Sequence record: MK977694.1
Source: Escherichia phage vB_EcoM-Sa45lw
Strand: one strand, 5' to 3'
DNA length: 64,000 nt
Shown: positions 55,301-64,000 of the stretch, piece by piece
Layout: every line of letters begins with the position of its first letter
Numbering within the stretch: position 1 is the first letter of the stretch
The notes under the pieces: generated by a model
Seen by the model: the letters and a program-made list of their open reading frames with translations, nothing else
Databases searched by the model: none
What the model was told of the DNA's origin: nothing
Program-made: the position numbers and the translations under genes

Positions 55301-56200
55301 GATGAAACATCTAGTCATTTTTATTCTCAGCGCAATAAAGCCGGAAATATAACATTTAATATCAACGGTACAGTAACACCGATAAATGTTAATGCTTCAG
55401 GAACATTGAATGCAAATGGCGTAGCAACATTTGGTAATTCAGTCACTGCAACTGGTGAAATTATTTCTCGAAGCGCAAATGCTTTCCGTGCTATTAACGG
55501 AAATTACGGTTTCATTGTTCGCAATGATGGATCAGTAACGAATTTTATGCTTACTGCATCGGGTGATCAGACTGGTGGATTTAATGGATTACGCCCATTA
55601 GCTATTAATAATGCATCTGGCCAAGTAACGATTGGTGAAAGCTTAATCATTGCCAAAGGTGCTACTATAAATTCAGGTGGTTTGACTGTTAACTCGAGAA
55701 TTCGTTCTCAAGGTACTAAAACATCTGACTTATATACACGTGCGCCAACATCTGATACTGTAGGATTCTGGTCAATTGATATTAACGATTCAGCTACTTA
55801 TAACCAGTTCCCAGGTTATTTTAAAATGGTTGAAAAAACTAATGAAGTGACTGGTCTTCCATATTTAGAACGTGGCGAAGAAGTTAAATCTCCTGGTACA
55901 CTGACTCAGTTTGGTAACACACTTGATTCGCTTTACCAAGATTGGATTACTTATCCAACAACGCCAGAAGCGCGTACCACTCGCTGGACACGTACATGGC
56001 AGAAAACCAAAAATTCTTGGTCAAGTTTTGTTCAGGTATTTGATGGAGGTAACCCTCCTCAACCGTCTGATATCGGTGCTTTACCATCTGATAATGCTAC
56101 AATGGGTAATCTTACTATTCGTGATTTCTTACGAATTGGTAATGTTCGCATTATTCCTGACCCAGTGAATAAAACTGTTAAATTTGAATGGGTTGAATAA
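52331..56200 (+). CDS. 34: Long tail fibre proximal subunit gp34
   Basis: 1289 aa, T4 gp34 length; internal tandem repeats. Confidence 0.95.
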   Translation: MAEIKRKFRAEDGLDAGGDKIINVALADRAVGTDGVNVDYLIQENTVQQYDPTRGYLKDFVIIYDNRFWAAINDIPKPAGAFNSVRWRALRTDANWTTVSSGPYQLKSGESISVNTAAGNDITFTLPSSPIDGDTIVLQDIGGKPGVNQVLITAPVQSIVNFRGQQVRSVLMTHPKSQIVLIFSNRLWQMYVADYSREAVVVTPASLYQAQSNDFIVRRFTSASAINIKLPRFANHGDIINFVDLDKLNPLYHTIVTTYDETTSVQEVGTHSIEGRTSIDGFLMFDDNEKLWRLFDGDSKARLRIITTNSNIRPNEEVMVFGANNGTTQTIELQLPTDISIGDTVKISMNYMRKGQTVKIKAAGEDKIASSVQLLQFPKRSEYPPETKWVTVQELVFNGETNYVPVLQLAYIEDSDGKYWVVQQNVPTVERVDSLNNSTRARLGVIALATQAQANADLENSPQKELAITPETLANRTATETRRGIARIATTAQVNQDTTFSFADDLIITPKKLNERTATETRRGVAEIATQQETNTGTDDTTIITPKKLQARQGSESLSGIVTFVSTAGATPASSRELNGTNVYNKNTNNLVVSPKALDQYKATPTQQGAVILAVESEVIAGQSQEGWANAVVTPETLHKKTSTDGRIGLIEIATQSEVNTGTDYTRAVTPKTLNDRRATESLSGIAEIATQVEFDAGVDDTRISTPLKIKTRFNSTDRTSVVALSGLVESGTLWDHYTLNILEANETQRGTLRVATQVEAAAGKLDNVLITPKKLLGTKSTESQEGVIKVATQSETVAGTSANTAVSPKNLKWIVQSEPTWAATTAIRGFVKTSSGSITFVGNDTVGSTQDLELYEKNSYAVSPYELNRVLANYLPLKAKAADSNLLDGLDSSQFIRRDIAQTVNGSLTLTQQTNLSAPLVSSSTATFGGSVSANSTLTISNTGTATRLIFEKGPQTGTNPAQTMTVRVWGNQFSGELDTTRSTVFEVSDETSSHFYSQRNKAGNITFNINGTVTPINVNASGTLNANGVATFGNSVTATGEIISRSANAFRAINGNYGFIVRNDGSVTNFMLTASGDQTGGFNGLRPLAINNASGQVTIGESLIIAKGATINSGGLTVNSRIRSQGTKTSDLYTRAPTSDTVGFWSIDINDSATYNQFPGYFKMVEKTNEVTGLPYLERGEEVKSPGTLTQFGNTLDSLYQDWITYPTTPEARTTRWTRTWQKTKNSWSSFVQVFDGGNPPQPSDIGALPSDNATMGNLTIRDFLRIGNVRIIPDPVNKTVKFEWVE
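53700..54780 (+). repeat. Degenerate tandem repeats (about 40 aa, 120 nt period) inside gene 34
   Basis: Repeated units ...TPKKL...(R/T)ATE(T/S)(R/Q)RG(V/I)A(E/R)IAT(Q/T)xE...; ACTGCTACAGAAACTCGTAG recurs at 53761 and 53881. Confidence 0.55.
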
Positions 56201-56208
56201 GAGGTATT

Positions 56209-57324
56209 ATGGAAAAATTTATGGCAGAGTTTGGACAAGGATATGTCCAAACGCCATTTTTATCGGAAAGCAATTCAGTAAGATATAAAATAAGTATAGC
56301 GGGTTCTTGCCCGCTTTCTACCGCAGGACCATACGTTAAATTTCAAGATAATCCTGTGGGAAGTCAAACATTTAGTGCAGGTCTTCATTTAAGAGTTTTT
56401 GACCCTTCTACAGGAGCATTGGTTGATAGTAAGTCATATGTTTTTTCTACTTCAAATGATACAACATCTGCTGCTTTTGTTAGTTTCATGAATTCTTTTT
56501 CAGGCAATAGACTTGTTGCTATATTAACTAGCGGAAAGGTTAATTTTCCTCCTGAAGTAGTATCTTGGTTAAGAACGGCAGGAACATCTGCTTTTCCATC
56601 TGATTCTTTATTGTCAAGATTTGACGTATCATATGCTGCCTTTTACACTTCTTCTAAAAGAGCTATCGCACTAGAGCATGTTAAACTGAGTAACAGAAAA
56701 AGCACAGATGACTATCAAACTATATTAGATGTAGTATTTGATAGTTTAGAAGATGTTGGAGCGACAGGATTTCCTAAAAGAACATATGAAAGCGTTGAGC
56801 AATTTATGTCAGCTGTTGGTGGAACTAATAACGAAATTGCCCGTCTACCTACAGCATCTGCAATAAGTAAACTTTCTGACTATAATTTAATTCCTGGAGA
56901 TGTTCTTTATCTTAAAGCACAACTATATGCTGACGCTGATTTATTAGCGTTGGGAACTACTAATATTTCAATTCGTTTTTATAATGCGTCGAATGGATAT
57001 ATTTCCTCGACACAAGCTGAGTTTACTGGACAGGCTGGGTCTTGGGAATTAAAAGAAGATTATGTAGTTGTTCCAGAAAATGCAGTTGGATTTACGATAT
57101 ATGCACAGAGAACTGCACAAGCAGGTCAAGGCGGTATGAGAAATTTAAGCTTTTCTGAAGTGTCAAGAAATGGTGGCATTTCAAAACCTGCTGAGTTTGG
57201 CGTCAATGGTATTCGAGTTAATTATATCTGTGAATCTGCTTCACCTCCGGATATAATGGTACTTCCTACGCAAGCATCGTCTAAAACTGGTAAAGTGTTT
57301 GGACAGGAATTTAGAGAAGTTTAA
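56209..57324 (+). CDS. 35: Long tail fibre hinge protein gp35
   Basis: 371 aa (T4 372); position. Confidence 0.9.
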   Translation: MEKFMAEFGQGYVQTPFLSESNSVRYKISIAGSCPLSTAGPYVKFQDNPVGSQTFSAGLHLRVFDPSTGALVDSKSYVFSTSNDTTSAAFVSFMNSFSGNRLVAILTSGKVNFPPEVVSWLRTAGTSAFPSDSLLSRFDVSYAAFYTSSKRAIALEHVKLSNRKSTDDYQTILDVVFDSLEDVGATGFPKRTYESVEQFMSAVGGTNNEIARLPTASAISKLSDYNLIPGDVLYLKAQLYADADLLALGTTNISIRFYNASNGYISSTQAEFTGQAGSWELKEDYVVVPENAVGFTIYAQRTAQAGQGGMRNLSFSEVSRNGGISKPAEFGVNGIRVNYICESASPPDIMVLPTQASSKTGKVFGQEFREV

Positions 57325-57329
57325 ACTGA

Positions 57330-57356
57330 GGGAGCCTTCGGGTTCCCTTTTTCTTT
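57330..57356 (+). terminator. Intrinsic terminator after gene 35
   Basis: GGGAGCC-TTCG-GGTTCCC followed by TTTTTCTTT. Confidence 0.6.
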
Positions 57357-57363
57357 ATAAATA
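57356..57363 (+). promoter_or_regulatory. T4-type late promoter upstream of gene 36
   Basis: TATAAATA 24 bp upstream of the gene 36 ATG, abutting the terminator. Confidence 0.6.
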
Positions 57364-57386
57364 CTATTAAAATAAAGGGGCATACA

Positions 57387-58043
57387 ATGGCTGATTTAAA
57401 AGTAGGTTCAACAACTGGAGGCTCTGTCATTTGGCATCAAGGAAATTTTCCATTGAATCCAGCCGGTGACGATGTACTCTATAAATCATTTAAAATATAT
57501 TCAGAATATAATAAACCACAAGCTGCTGATAACGATTTCGTTTCTAAAGCTAATGGTGGTACATATTTAAATAAAGTAATTTTTAATAAAGGAATGACTG
57601 TTCCTGGTGCTGGGTCAGGTGACAACGGTATTTTTGCCGGTCCTGGTGATAATGCTACATATGATACTACAAATATGGATATTGTTTCATGGTATGGTAT
57701 CGGCTTTAAATCATCACAAGGGGCAGCAGGTAGAACTGTAGTAATTAACACACGAAACGGAGATATTAGCTCAAAGGGTGTAATTGAAGCATCACAAATA
57801 CGCGCAACTTCGTTATCACCAGTAAATAATTATGACCTTACGAGAAAAGATTATGTTGATGGGGCAATAAATATTGTTACAACAAATGCAAACTCTAGAG
57901 TATTACGCTCTGGAGACACTATGACAGGAAATTTAACTGCGCCAAACCTTTTTTCACAGAATCCTGCATCTCAACCCTCGCATGTTCCGCGATTTGACCA
58001 AATCGTAATTAAGGATTCTGTTCAAGATTTCGGCTATTATTAA
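57387..58043 (+). CDS. 36: Long tail fibre distal connector gp36
   Basis: 218 aa (T4 221); position. Confidence 0.9.
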   Translation: MADLKVGSTTGGSVIWHQGNFPLNPAGDDVLYKSFKIYSEYNKPQAADNDFVSKANGGTYLNKVIFNKGMTVPGAGSGDNGIFAGPGDNATYDTTNMDIVSWYGIGFKSSQGAAGRTVVINTRNGDISSKGVIEASQIRATSLSPVNNYDLTRKDYVDGAINIVTTNANSRVLRSGDTMTGNLTAPNLFSQNPASQPSHVPRFDQIVIKDSVQDFGYY

Positions 58044-58051
58044 GAGGACTT

Positions 58052-61000
58052 ATGGCTACTTTAAAACAAATACAATTTAAAAGAAGCAAAACGGCAGGTC
58101 AACGTCCAGCTGCTTCAGTATTAGCCGAAGGTGAATTGGCTATAAACTTAAAAGACCGTTTACTTTTTACTAAAGATGACCAGGGAAATATTATTGATTT
58201 AGGTTTTGCTAAAGGCGGTAGTATTGACGGGAATGTTATTCATAAAGGCAATTATAACCAAACTGGCGATTATACTTTAAACGGTACATTCACCCAGACT
58301 GGTAATTTTAATTTAACTGGTATTGCTCGAGTAACTCGTGATATTATTGCTGCTGGGCAGATTATGACTGAAGGCGGAGAACTTATTACAAAAAGTTCAG
58401 GTACATCACATGTTCGTTTTCATGATTCAGCTGACCGTGAACGTGGAATCATTTTTTCTCCTGCTAATGATGGATTAACTACACAAGTAATTAACATCAG
58501 AGTTCAAGATTACAAAGCTGGTTCAGAAAGCACTTTCGCTTTTAATGGAAATGGTTTGTTTTCTTCACCAGAAGTTTTTGGGTGGAAATCTGTATCAACT
58601 CCGGTAATTTATACCAATAAAGTTATCACCAATAAAAAAGTTAAAGATGATTATGACATCTATTCGATGGCAGATAATGTTCCATTATCTGAAAGCACTA
58701 CTGCTATTAATCATCTTCGTGTTATGCGTAATGCAGTTGGTTCTGGTATTTTCCATGAAGTTAAAGATAATGATGGAATAACATGGTATAGTGGAGATGG
58801 ATTAGACGCTTATCTTTGGTCATTTACTTGGAGCGGCGGAATTAAATCAAGTCACTCAATTTCCATCGGTTTAACACCCGGACCTAAGGATTACTCAATA
58901 TTAGGACCGTCTAGTATCGCTTTAGGAGATAATGATACTGGATTTAAATGGCATCAAGACGGATATTATTTCAGTGTTAATAATGGCACAAAAACGTTTT
59001 TATTTAGCCCTAGCGAAACAACTAGCCTAAGAAAATTTGTAGCTGGATATTCTACTAATGGAACCGATTTAACTACTCCTCCGACTGAAAACTATGCTCT
59101 TGCTACTGTCGTGACATATCATGACAATAACGCGTTTGGAGATGGTCAGACTCTTTTGGGGTATTATCAAGGCGGTAGATATCACCATTACTTTCGCGGA
59201 AGAGGAACAACTAATATTAATACTGCTGGAGGGTTATTAGTTACTCCTGGTAATATTGATGTTATTGGCGGTTCTGTTAATATCGATGGTAGAAATAATG
59301 CTTCTACAGCTCTGTTTAAAGGTAACACAACAGGTAGTAGTTCTGTGGATAACATGACAATTTCTGTGTGGGGTAATACATTTACTAATCCTAGCGAAGG
59401 TAATCGCAAAAATGTCATGGAAATTTCCGATGCAACTAGCTGGATGAGCTATATTCAAAGACTTACTACTGGTGAAGTAGAAATGAACGTTAACGGTTCA
59501 TTTGAATCATCTGGTGTTACTGCTGGAAATAGAGGAGTTCACACAACAGGCGAAATTTCATCTGGAGCAGTGAATGCTCTTCGCATTTGGAATGCAGATT
59601 ATGGAGCCATTTTTAGACGTTCAGAAGGTAGTCTTCATATTATTCCAACTGCTTACGGTGAAGGCAAAAATGGTGATATCGGTCCACTTCGTCCATTTAG
59701 TATTGCTTTGGATACTGGTAAGGTTGTTATTCCAGATTTAGAATCAAGTTATAACACGTTTGCTGCAAATGGCTACATTAAATTTGCTGGTCACGGCGCG
59801 GGTGCAGGTGGTTATGATATTCAGTATTCACAAGCTGCTCCTATTTTCCAAGAAATCGATGATGCTGCTGTAAGCAAATATTATCCTATTGTTAAACAGA
59901 AGTTTTTAAACGGTAAAGCTGTCTGGTCTTTAGGTACTGAAATTAATTCAGGTACATTTGTTTTACATCATCTAAAAGAAGATGGTTCACAAGGCCATAC
60001 ATCAAGATTTAATGCTGATGGTACAGTTAATTTCCCCGATAATGTTCAAGTCGGCGGCGGTGAAGCTACTATTGCTCGTAATGGTAATATCTTCTCTGAT
60101 ATTTGGAAAACATTTACTTCTGCCGGAGATACTACAAATATTCGCGATGCGATAGCTACTCGTGTTGCCAAAGAAGGCGATACGATGACTGGCAAATTAA
60201 TCGTTAGAAGAGGCTCTGACGCTATTAACATTGCTGCCGATGAAAATGATTCTTGCTATTTACTTGGAACATCGGGTGGAGCGAATTCATGGTACATCGG
60301 TAAAGGAGGAGCAGATGACACTGCTTCATTTTATAATTTCAAAACTACCGCAGGAATTACTCTTAATAGTGTTGGTGATATTGATTTTAACGTCAAAAAT
60401 CAAGCTACTGCAGCTTCATTAAATTTTTATCGTTTATATTTAAATGGAAGACAATGGACAGCTACACAAGGTCACGGCTATAATAATCAATGGCAAACAG
60501 AAGCCCCATTCTTCGTTGACTTTGGTGAATCTGTTCCGAAAGATAGTTATATGCCTATAATTAAAGGAAGAAGCCAAATCATTAACGAAGGATATGCCAC
60601 AAAGGCAGATTTTGGTATTATTCGATTGGGTGGAAATGCTACTTGGGGAAATGCAGTAATTCGTGTTGGTTCTGCGGAAAGCGGAGATAGCAGCCATCCT
60701 AATGCAATATTTGTGTTTCAGGCTAATGGTGATTTTAAAGCTCCGGCTGGCCTTCGTGCTGGTGTTAACTTGGGCGTCGGCACAATTCCAGTATGGGGTG
60801 GAGCATCTATCGCCATCGGGGATGATGATACCGGTTTAGTTCATGGCGGCGATGGTCGAATTAATATGTATGCTAACGCGCAGCATATAGCATCATGGGG
60901 CACGATGTATCAATCTCATCCAGGCCTTTGGGATTCAAATGGAGCTTTTTGGACAGAAGTTGGCAAAGCAATTATTTCTCATGGCCATTTAGTTCAGGCG

Positions 61001-61378
61001 AATGACAGCTATTCAACGTATGTCCGCGATGTTTATGTCCGCTCTGATATTCGTGTTAAAAAGGACCTAGTTAAATTTGAAAATGCTTCTGAGAAGCTTT
61101 CAAAAATTAATGGTTACACTTATATGCAGAAGCGAGGCCTAGATGAAGAAGGTAATCAGAAATGGGAACCAAACGCTGGGTTAATTGCTCAAGAAGTTCA
61201 AGCTATTTTACCTGAATTGGTTGAAGGCGATCAGGATAGTGAAGCTTTACTTCGTTTGAACTATAACGGTGTAATTGGTTTAAATACAGCTGCAATCAAT
61301 GAGCATACTGCAGAAATTGCAGAACTTAAGTCAGAGATTGAAGAGCTTAAAAAATTAGTTAAATCATTGTTAAAATAA
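58052..61378 (+). CDS. 37: Long tail fibre distal subunit gp37 with C-terminal intramolecular chaperone domain
   Basis: 1108 aa; conserved N-terminus [21 protein letters not shown]; C-terminal coiled-coil segment resembling autocleaving chaperone domains of other phage fibres. Confidence 0.92.
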   Translation: MATLKQIQFKRSKTAGQRPAASVLAEGELAINLKDRLLFTKDDQGNIIDLGFAKGGSIDGNVIHKGNYNQTGDYTLNGTFTQTGNFNLTGIARVTRDIIAAGQIMTEGGELITKSSGTSHVRFHDSADRERGIIFSPANDGLTTQVINIRVQDYKAGSESTFAFNGNGLFSSPEVFGWKSVSTPVIYTNKVITNKKVKDDYDIYSMADNVPLSESTTAINHLRVMRNAVGSGIFHEVKDNDGITWYSGDGLDAYLWSFTWSGGIKSSHSISIGLTPGPKDYSILGPSSIALGDNDTGFKWHQDGYYFSVNNGTKTFLFSPSETTSLRKFVAGYSTNGTDLTTPPTENYALATVVTYHDNNAFGDGQTLLGYYQGGRYHHYFRGRGTTNINTAGGLLVTPGNIDVIGGSVNIDGRNNASTALFKGNTTGSSSVDNMTISVWGNTFTNPSEGNRKNVMEISDATSWMSYIQRLTTGEVEMNVNGSFESSGVTAGNRGVHTTGEISSGAVNALRIWNADYGAIFRRSEGSLHIIPTAYGEGKNGDIGPLRPFSIALDTGKVVIPDLESSYNTFAANGYIKFAGHGAGAGGYDIQYSQAAPIFQEIDDAAVSKYYPIVKQKFLNGKAVWSLGTEINSGTFVLHHLKEDGSQGHTSRFNADGTVNFPDNVQVGGGEATIARNGNIFSDIWKTFTSAGDTTNIRDAIATRVAKEGDTMTGKLIVRRGSDAINIAADENDSCYLLGTSGGANSWYIGKGGADDTASFYNFKTTAGITLNSVGDIDFNVKNQATAASLNFYRLYLNGRQWTATQGHGYNNQWQTEAPFFVDFGESVPKDSYMPIIKGRSQIINEGYATKADFGIIRLGGNATWGNAVIRVGSAESGDSSHPNAIFVFQANGDFKAPAGLRAGVNLGVGTIPVWGGASIAIGDDDTGLVHGGDGRINMYANAQHIASWGTMYQSHPGLWDSNGAFWTEVGKAIISHGHLVQANDSYSTYVRDVYVRSDIRVKKDLVKFENASEKLSKINGYTYMQKRGLDEEGNQKWEPNAGLIAQEVQAILPELVEGDQDSEALLRLNYNGVIGLNTAAINEHTAEIAELKSEIEELKKLVKSLLK

Positions 61379-61383
61379 AATGA

Positions 61384-61397
61384 GGGGCTTCGGCCCC
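61384..61397 (+). other. Stable UUCG-tetraloop hairpin abutting the gene 38 SD
   Basis: GGGGC-TTCG-GCCCC immediately followed by TTGGAGG and the gene 38 ATG; no U-run. Confidence 0.45.
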
Positions 61398-61409
61398 TTG
61401 GAGGTTTAT

Positions 61410-62204
61410 ATGGCAGTTGAAGGACCGTGGGTAGGATGGTCTGCGAGGGTACAAACTGGAGACCCTTGGATGGGTGGTGCCGCGCAGAGATTGAGAATGG
61501 GAATTCCGTTTTGGATGAGTAATATGATAGGTCGATCTGTTGAAGTAATTCACACCCTTGGAGCGGACCATAACTTTAATGGTCAATGGTTCCGAGATAG
61601 ATGTTTTGAGGCAGGTAGTGCACCTATAGTGTTTAATATTACCGGAAATTTGGTATCATATTCTAGAGACGTTCCTTTATTCTTCATGTACGGAGATACA
61701 CCTAATGAATATGTTCAGTTGAATATTGGTGGCGGCGTCCATATGTGGGGTAGAGGTGGACAAGGTGGATGGACTCATTCCGGCGGAGATGGTAATGGTC
61801 AACAAGGTGGTCATTGTATTCAAAATGACATCGGTGGACGATTAAGAATTAATAACGGTGGAGTAATTTGTGGTGGAGGTGGAGGTGGAGGTGGTATCGC
61901 TTATCGTCCTCACTCTGGTGCAAATTGGCAAGATATTGGTGGTGGTGGAGGAAGACCATTTGGCCCAGGAGGAGGCGGAGGTTATTCCGGCGGCGCAGCT
62001 TCTTATGATGGCCCAGGAGGTGGTTATAATTATGGTAATGCTCACTCTGGCCAGGGTGGTGATGCTGGCGCAAATGGACAAAATGCCTGGTATGATGGCG
62101 GTAAAGTTCTAAAAGTTGGAGCTGGTGGCGCTGCCGGATATGCTGTTATAGGATCAGCTCCAACATGGCAAAATGTTGGAGTAATATATGGTCCAAGGGT
62201 ATAA
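61410..62204 (+). CDS. 38: gp38 receptor-binding adhesin with glycine-rich motifs (T2-type)
   Basis: ORF track starts at 61380; ATG at 61410 follows GGAGG and gives 264 aa; poly-Gly blocks separated by short variable segments. Confidence 0.88.
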   Translation: MAVEGPWVGWSARVQTGDPWMGGAAQRLRMGIPFWMSNMIGRSVEVIHTLGADHNFNGQWFRDRCFEAGSAPIVFNITGNLVSYSRDVPLFFMYGDTPNEYVQLNIGGGVHMWGRGGQGGWTHSGGDGNGQQGGHCIQNDIGGRLRINNGGVICGGGGGGGGIAYRPHSGANWQDIGGGGGRPFGPGGGGGYSGGAASYDGPGGGYNYGNAHSGQGGDAGANGQNAWYDGGKVLKVGAGGAAGYAVIGSAPTWQNVGVIYGPRV

Positions 62205-62235
62205 TTTTGAATAAATATCCTTAAAAGGAGGGTCT

Positions 62236-62892
62236 ATGGCAGCACCTAGAATATCATTTTCGCCCTCTGATATTCTATTTGGTGTTCTAGATCGCTTGTT
62301 CAAAGATAACGCTACCGGGAAAGTTCTTGCTTCCCGGGTAGCTGTCGTAATTCTTTTGTTTATGATGGCGATTGTTTGGTATAGGGGAGATAGTTTCTTT
62401 GAGTACTATAAGCAATCAAAGTATGAAACATACAGTGAAATTATTGAAAAGGAAAGAAATGCACGCTTTGAATCTGTCGCCCTGGAACAACTCCAGATAG
62501 TTCACATATCATCTGAGGCAGACTTTAGTGCGGTGTATTCTTTCCGCCCTAAAAACTTAAACTATTTTGTTGATATTATAGCATATGAAGGAAAATTACC
62601 TTCAACAATAAGTGAAAAATCACTTGGAGGATATCCTGTTGATAAAACTATGGATGAATATGCAGTTCATTTAAATGGACGTCATTATTATTCCAACTCA
62701 AAATTTGCTTTTTTACCAACTAAAAAGCCTACTCCCGAAATAAACTACATGTACAGTTGTCCATATTTTAATTTGGATAATATCTATGCTGGAACAATAA
62801 CCATGTACTGGTATAGAAATGATCATATAAGTAATGACCGCCTTGAATCAATATGTGCCCAGGCGGCCAGAATATTAGGAAGGGCTAAATAA
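62236..62892 (+). CDS. t: Holin T
   Basis: 218 aa, T4 holin length; single transmembrane segment VAVVILLFMMAIVWY with large C-terminal domain. Confidence 0.95.
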   Translation: MAAPRISFSPSDILFGVLDRLFKDNATGKVLASRVAVVILLFMMAIVWYRGDSFFEYYKQSKYETYSEIIEKERNARFESVALEQLQIVHISSEADFSAVYSFRPKNLNYFVDIIAYEGKLPSTISEKSLGGYPVDKTMDEYAVHLNGRHYYSNSKFAFLPTKKPTPEINYMYSCPYFNLDNIYAGTITMYWYRNDHISNDRLESICAQAARILGRAK

Positions 62893-63165
62893 TTATTTGT
62901 TCGTATACATCTCTAGATATCGATATACACCCTCAAAACCCTCGTTGAATTCGTCGATGAGGGTTTTCTTATCTTCTTGAGTTAATTCAGAAACAATTTT
63001 ACGGAATGAATTCTGATTTAATTTTCTACCTTCATGCATTACTCCAATCTCATTCAGAAATGCAATAAAATTAGCACGATTCTCAACAATATCTTCTCTG
63101 GAAAATTTAATCAAAATAGACGCAACAGTAATAATTTCACGAACTGTATCAATATTTTTATTCAT
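62893..63165 (-). CDS. asiA: Anti-sigma70 factor AsiA
   Basis: 90 aa, T4 AsiA length; N-terminus MNKNIDTVREIITVASILIKFSREDIVENRANFIAFLNEIG. Confidence 0.95.
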   Translation of the reverse strand: MNKNIDTVREIITVASILIKFSREDIVENRANFIAFLNEIGVMHEGRKLNQNSFRKIVSELTQEDKKTLIDEFNEGFEGVYRYLEMYTNK

Positions 63166-63177
63166 TAACTATACCAC

Positions 63178-63330
63178 TCAATTAGTTGACTTTGTTATAA
63201 TATCATCAGACGTTTGTTTTGTAAACTGGTCTGTGTTATTTTCTTGAAAAATTTTTTCTACGAATTCCTTGAACGACTCACGTTCCTGAGCTACATTATG
63301 CTCGATTACTTTTTCAAGATTATGACTCAT
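63178..63330 (-). CDS. Candidate small ORF between arn and asiA; not in the supplied ORF track
   Basis: 50 codons translated by hand (MSHNLEKVIEHNVAQERESFKEF...), start overlapping the arn stop. Confidence 0.35.
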   Translation of the reverse strand: MSHNLEKVIEHNVAQERESFKEFVEKIFQENNTDQFTKQTSDDIITKSTN

Positions 63331-63605
63331 TCGAAATAATCTTCAATTTCATAATCATGGACATAAATCATTATAGTTTTTAATACATCATCAATACTTT
63401 TTCCTGGAGCTGGAATTACGTAAAAATATCCTGCTTTTGAGAGGTCTTTATAAGTTCCAATCAAGAAATCATTATTCTCGAGATGTAGTTCTTCAACTAA
63501 TTCATTAACAATTGAGTGGTATAAATTTGGTAGAAACTTATACAGCTTTTCTAGAATATCAATTTTGATTGTGTATTGAACCACAGACTGAGAATCAATA
63601 ATCAT
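63327..63605 (-). CDS. arn: Arn-like anti-restriction protein (by position and size)
   Basis: 92 aa, acidic; position next to asiA as in T4; identity not checked by alignment. Confidence 0.7.
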   Translation of the reverse strand: MIIDSQSVVQYTIKIDILEKLYKFLPNLYHSIVNELVEELHLENNDFLIGTYKDLSKAGYFYVIPAPGKSIDDVLKTIMIYVHDYEIEDYFE

Positions 63606-63688
63606 AGACCTTCCCCTTATGTTTCTGTTTGCGATTAGATTCTTTAAACGCTTTCTTCTTATCCTTATGAACAGAAGCTTTATTAAAA

Positions 63689-63907
63689 TTATGTTTTGCG
63701 ACTAAATTGTTCATAATGCTGAATTACCTCTCTTAAACATTTGCATGTGAATGAGAACTTTTTAGCTACACCACATTCAAATATATGTTCTCTTAAATCA
63801 CGTGTATCAGTATATCCCATCTCAACAATAAAATGCCTTATTAGATTTTTATCTTTATCATTGAGAGAATTAAAATAATCAGATTTTGAATTAATTTCCC
63901 TGGCCAA
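63689..63907 (-). CDS. Hypothetical protein
   Basis: 72-aa ORF with Cys residues (CGVAKKFSFTCKC); a further minus-strand ORF overlaps its start and runs to the window edge. Confidence 0.55.
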   Translation of the reverse strand: MAREINSKSDYFNSLNDKDKNLIRHFIVEMGYTDTRDLREHIFECGVAKKFSFTCKCLREVIQHYEQFSRKT

Positions 63908-64000
63908 ATTGAATCACCTTCAGTTGACGTTTTAATTCTTTTATCATTTCTTCGTTCATCGCAATATAAAGATCGCGTAAAGCAGGTTTTAGCATTCCAT

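Noticed and set aside
61842-62112. Several overlapping ORFs on both strands (61842-62081, 61849-62073, 61870-62112) inside gene 38
   Set aside because: They arise from the GGN-rich glycine-repeat coding sequence of gp38, which is open in several frames; no SD, and they are nested in a well-supported gene.
62210-62217. AATAAATA upstream of holin t considered as a late promoter
   Set aside because: One mismatch to TATAAATA; plausible as a variant but not callable from sequence alone.

Overview
This window is a contiguous, densely coding block of a T4-like (T-even, Tequatrovirus-type) myophage genome. Gene order and protein sizes follow the T4 map from the end of the gene upstream of 18 to the arn region. 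It contains tail sheath/tube (18, 19), portal (20), prohead core, protease and scaffold (67, 68, 21, 22), major capsid and vertex proteins (23, 24), rnlB, hoc, inh, uvsW, uvsY, the baseplate hub cluster (25, 26, 51, 27, 28, 29, 48, 54), two Alt-family ADP-ribosyltransferases, DNA ligase (30) with a block of small 30.x ORFs including HAD-like and NADAR proteins, rIII, 31, cd, polynucleotide kinase (pseT), a spanin pair, alc, rnlA, denA, nrdB/nrdA, td, frd, 32, 59, 33, dsbA, rnh, long tail fibre genes 34-37, a glycine-rich gp38 adhesin, holin t, asiA and arn. No tRNA, rRNA, CRISPR array or transposon was seen. All identifications rest on reading the translated ORFs, recalled T4 protein sizes and N-termini, and synteny; no database search was run. 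Readable regulatory signals include T4 late promoters (TATAAATA), sigma70-type early promoters (GTTTAC, 18-bp spacer, extended -10), a MotA-box middle promoter, GC-rich tetraloop hairpin terminators and the gene 32 pseudoknot operator. The phage is not T4 itself: td and nrdB are uninterrupted, T4 seg homing endonuclease genes appear absent at their expected junctions, an extra ORF sits between td and frd, the upstream alt paralog is full length, and gp38 is the T2-type adhesin. The most notable items are the tandem intact Alt paralogs, an exact 54-bp promoter-bearing direct repeat 15.8 kb apart, the HAD/NADAR pair beside DNA ligase, the td-frd insert, and a promoter-driven 22-codon hydrophobic mini-ORF absent from the ORF track.
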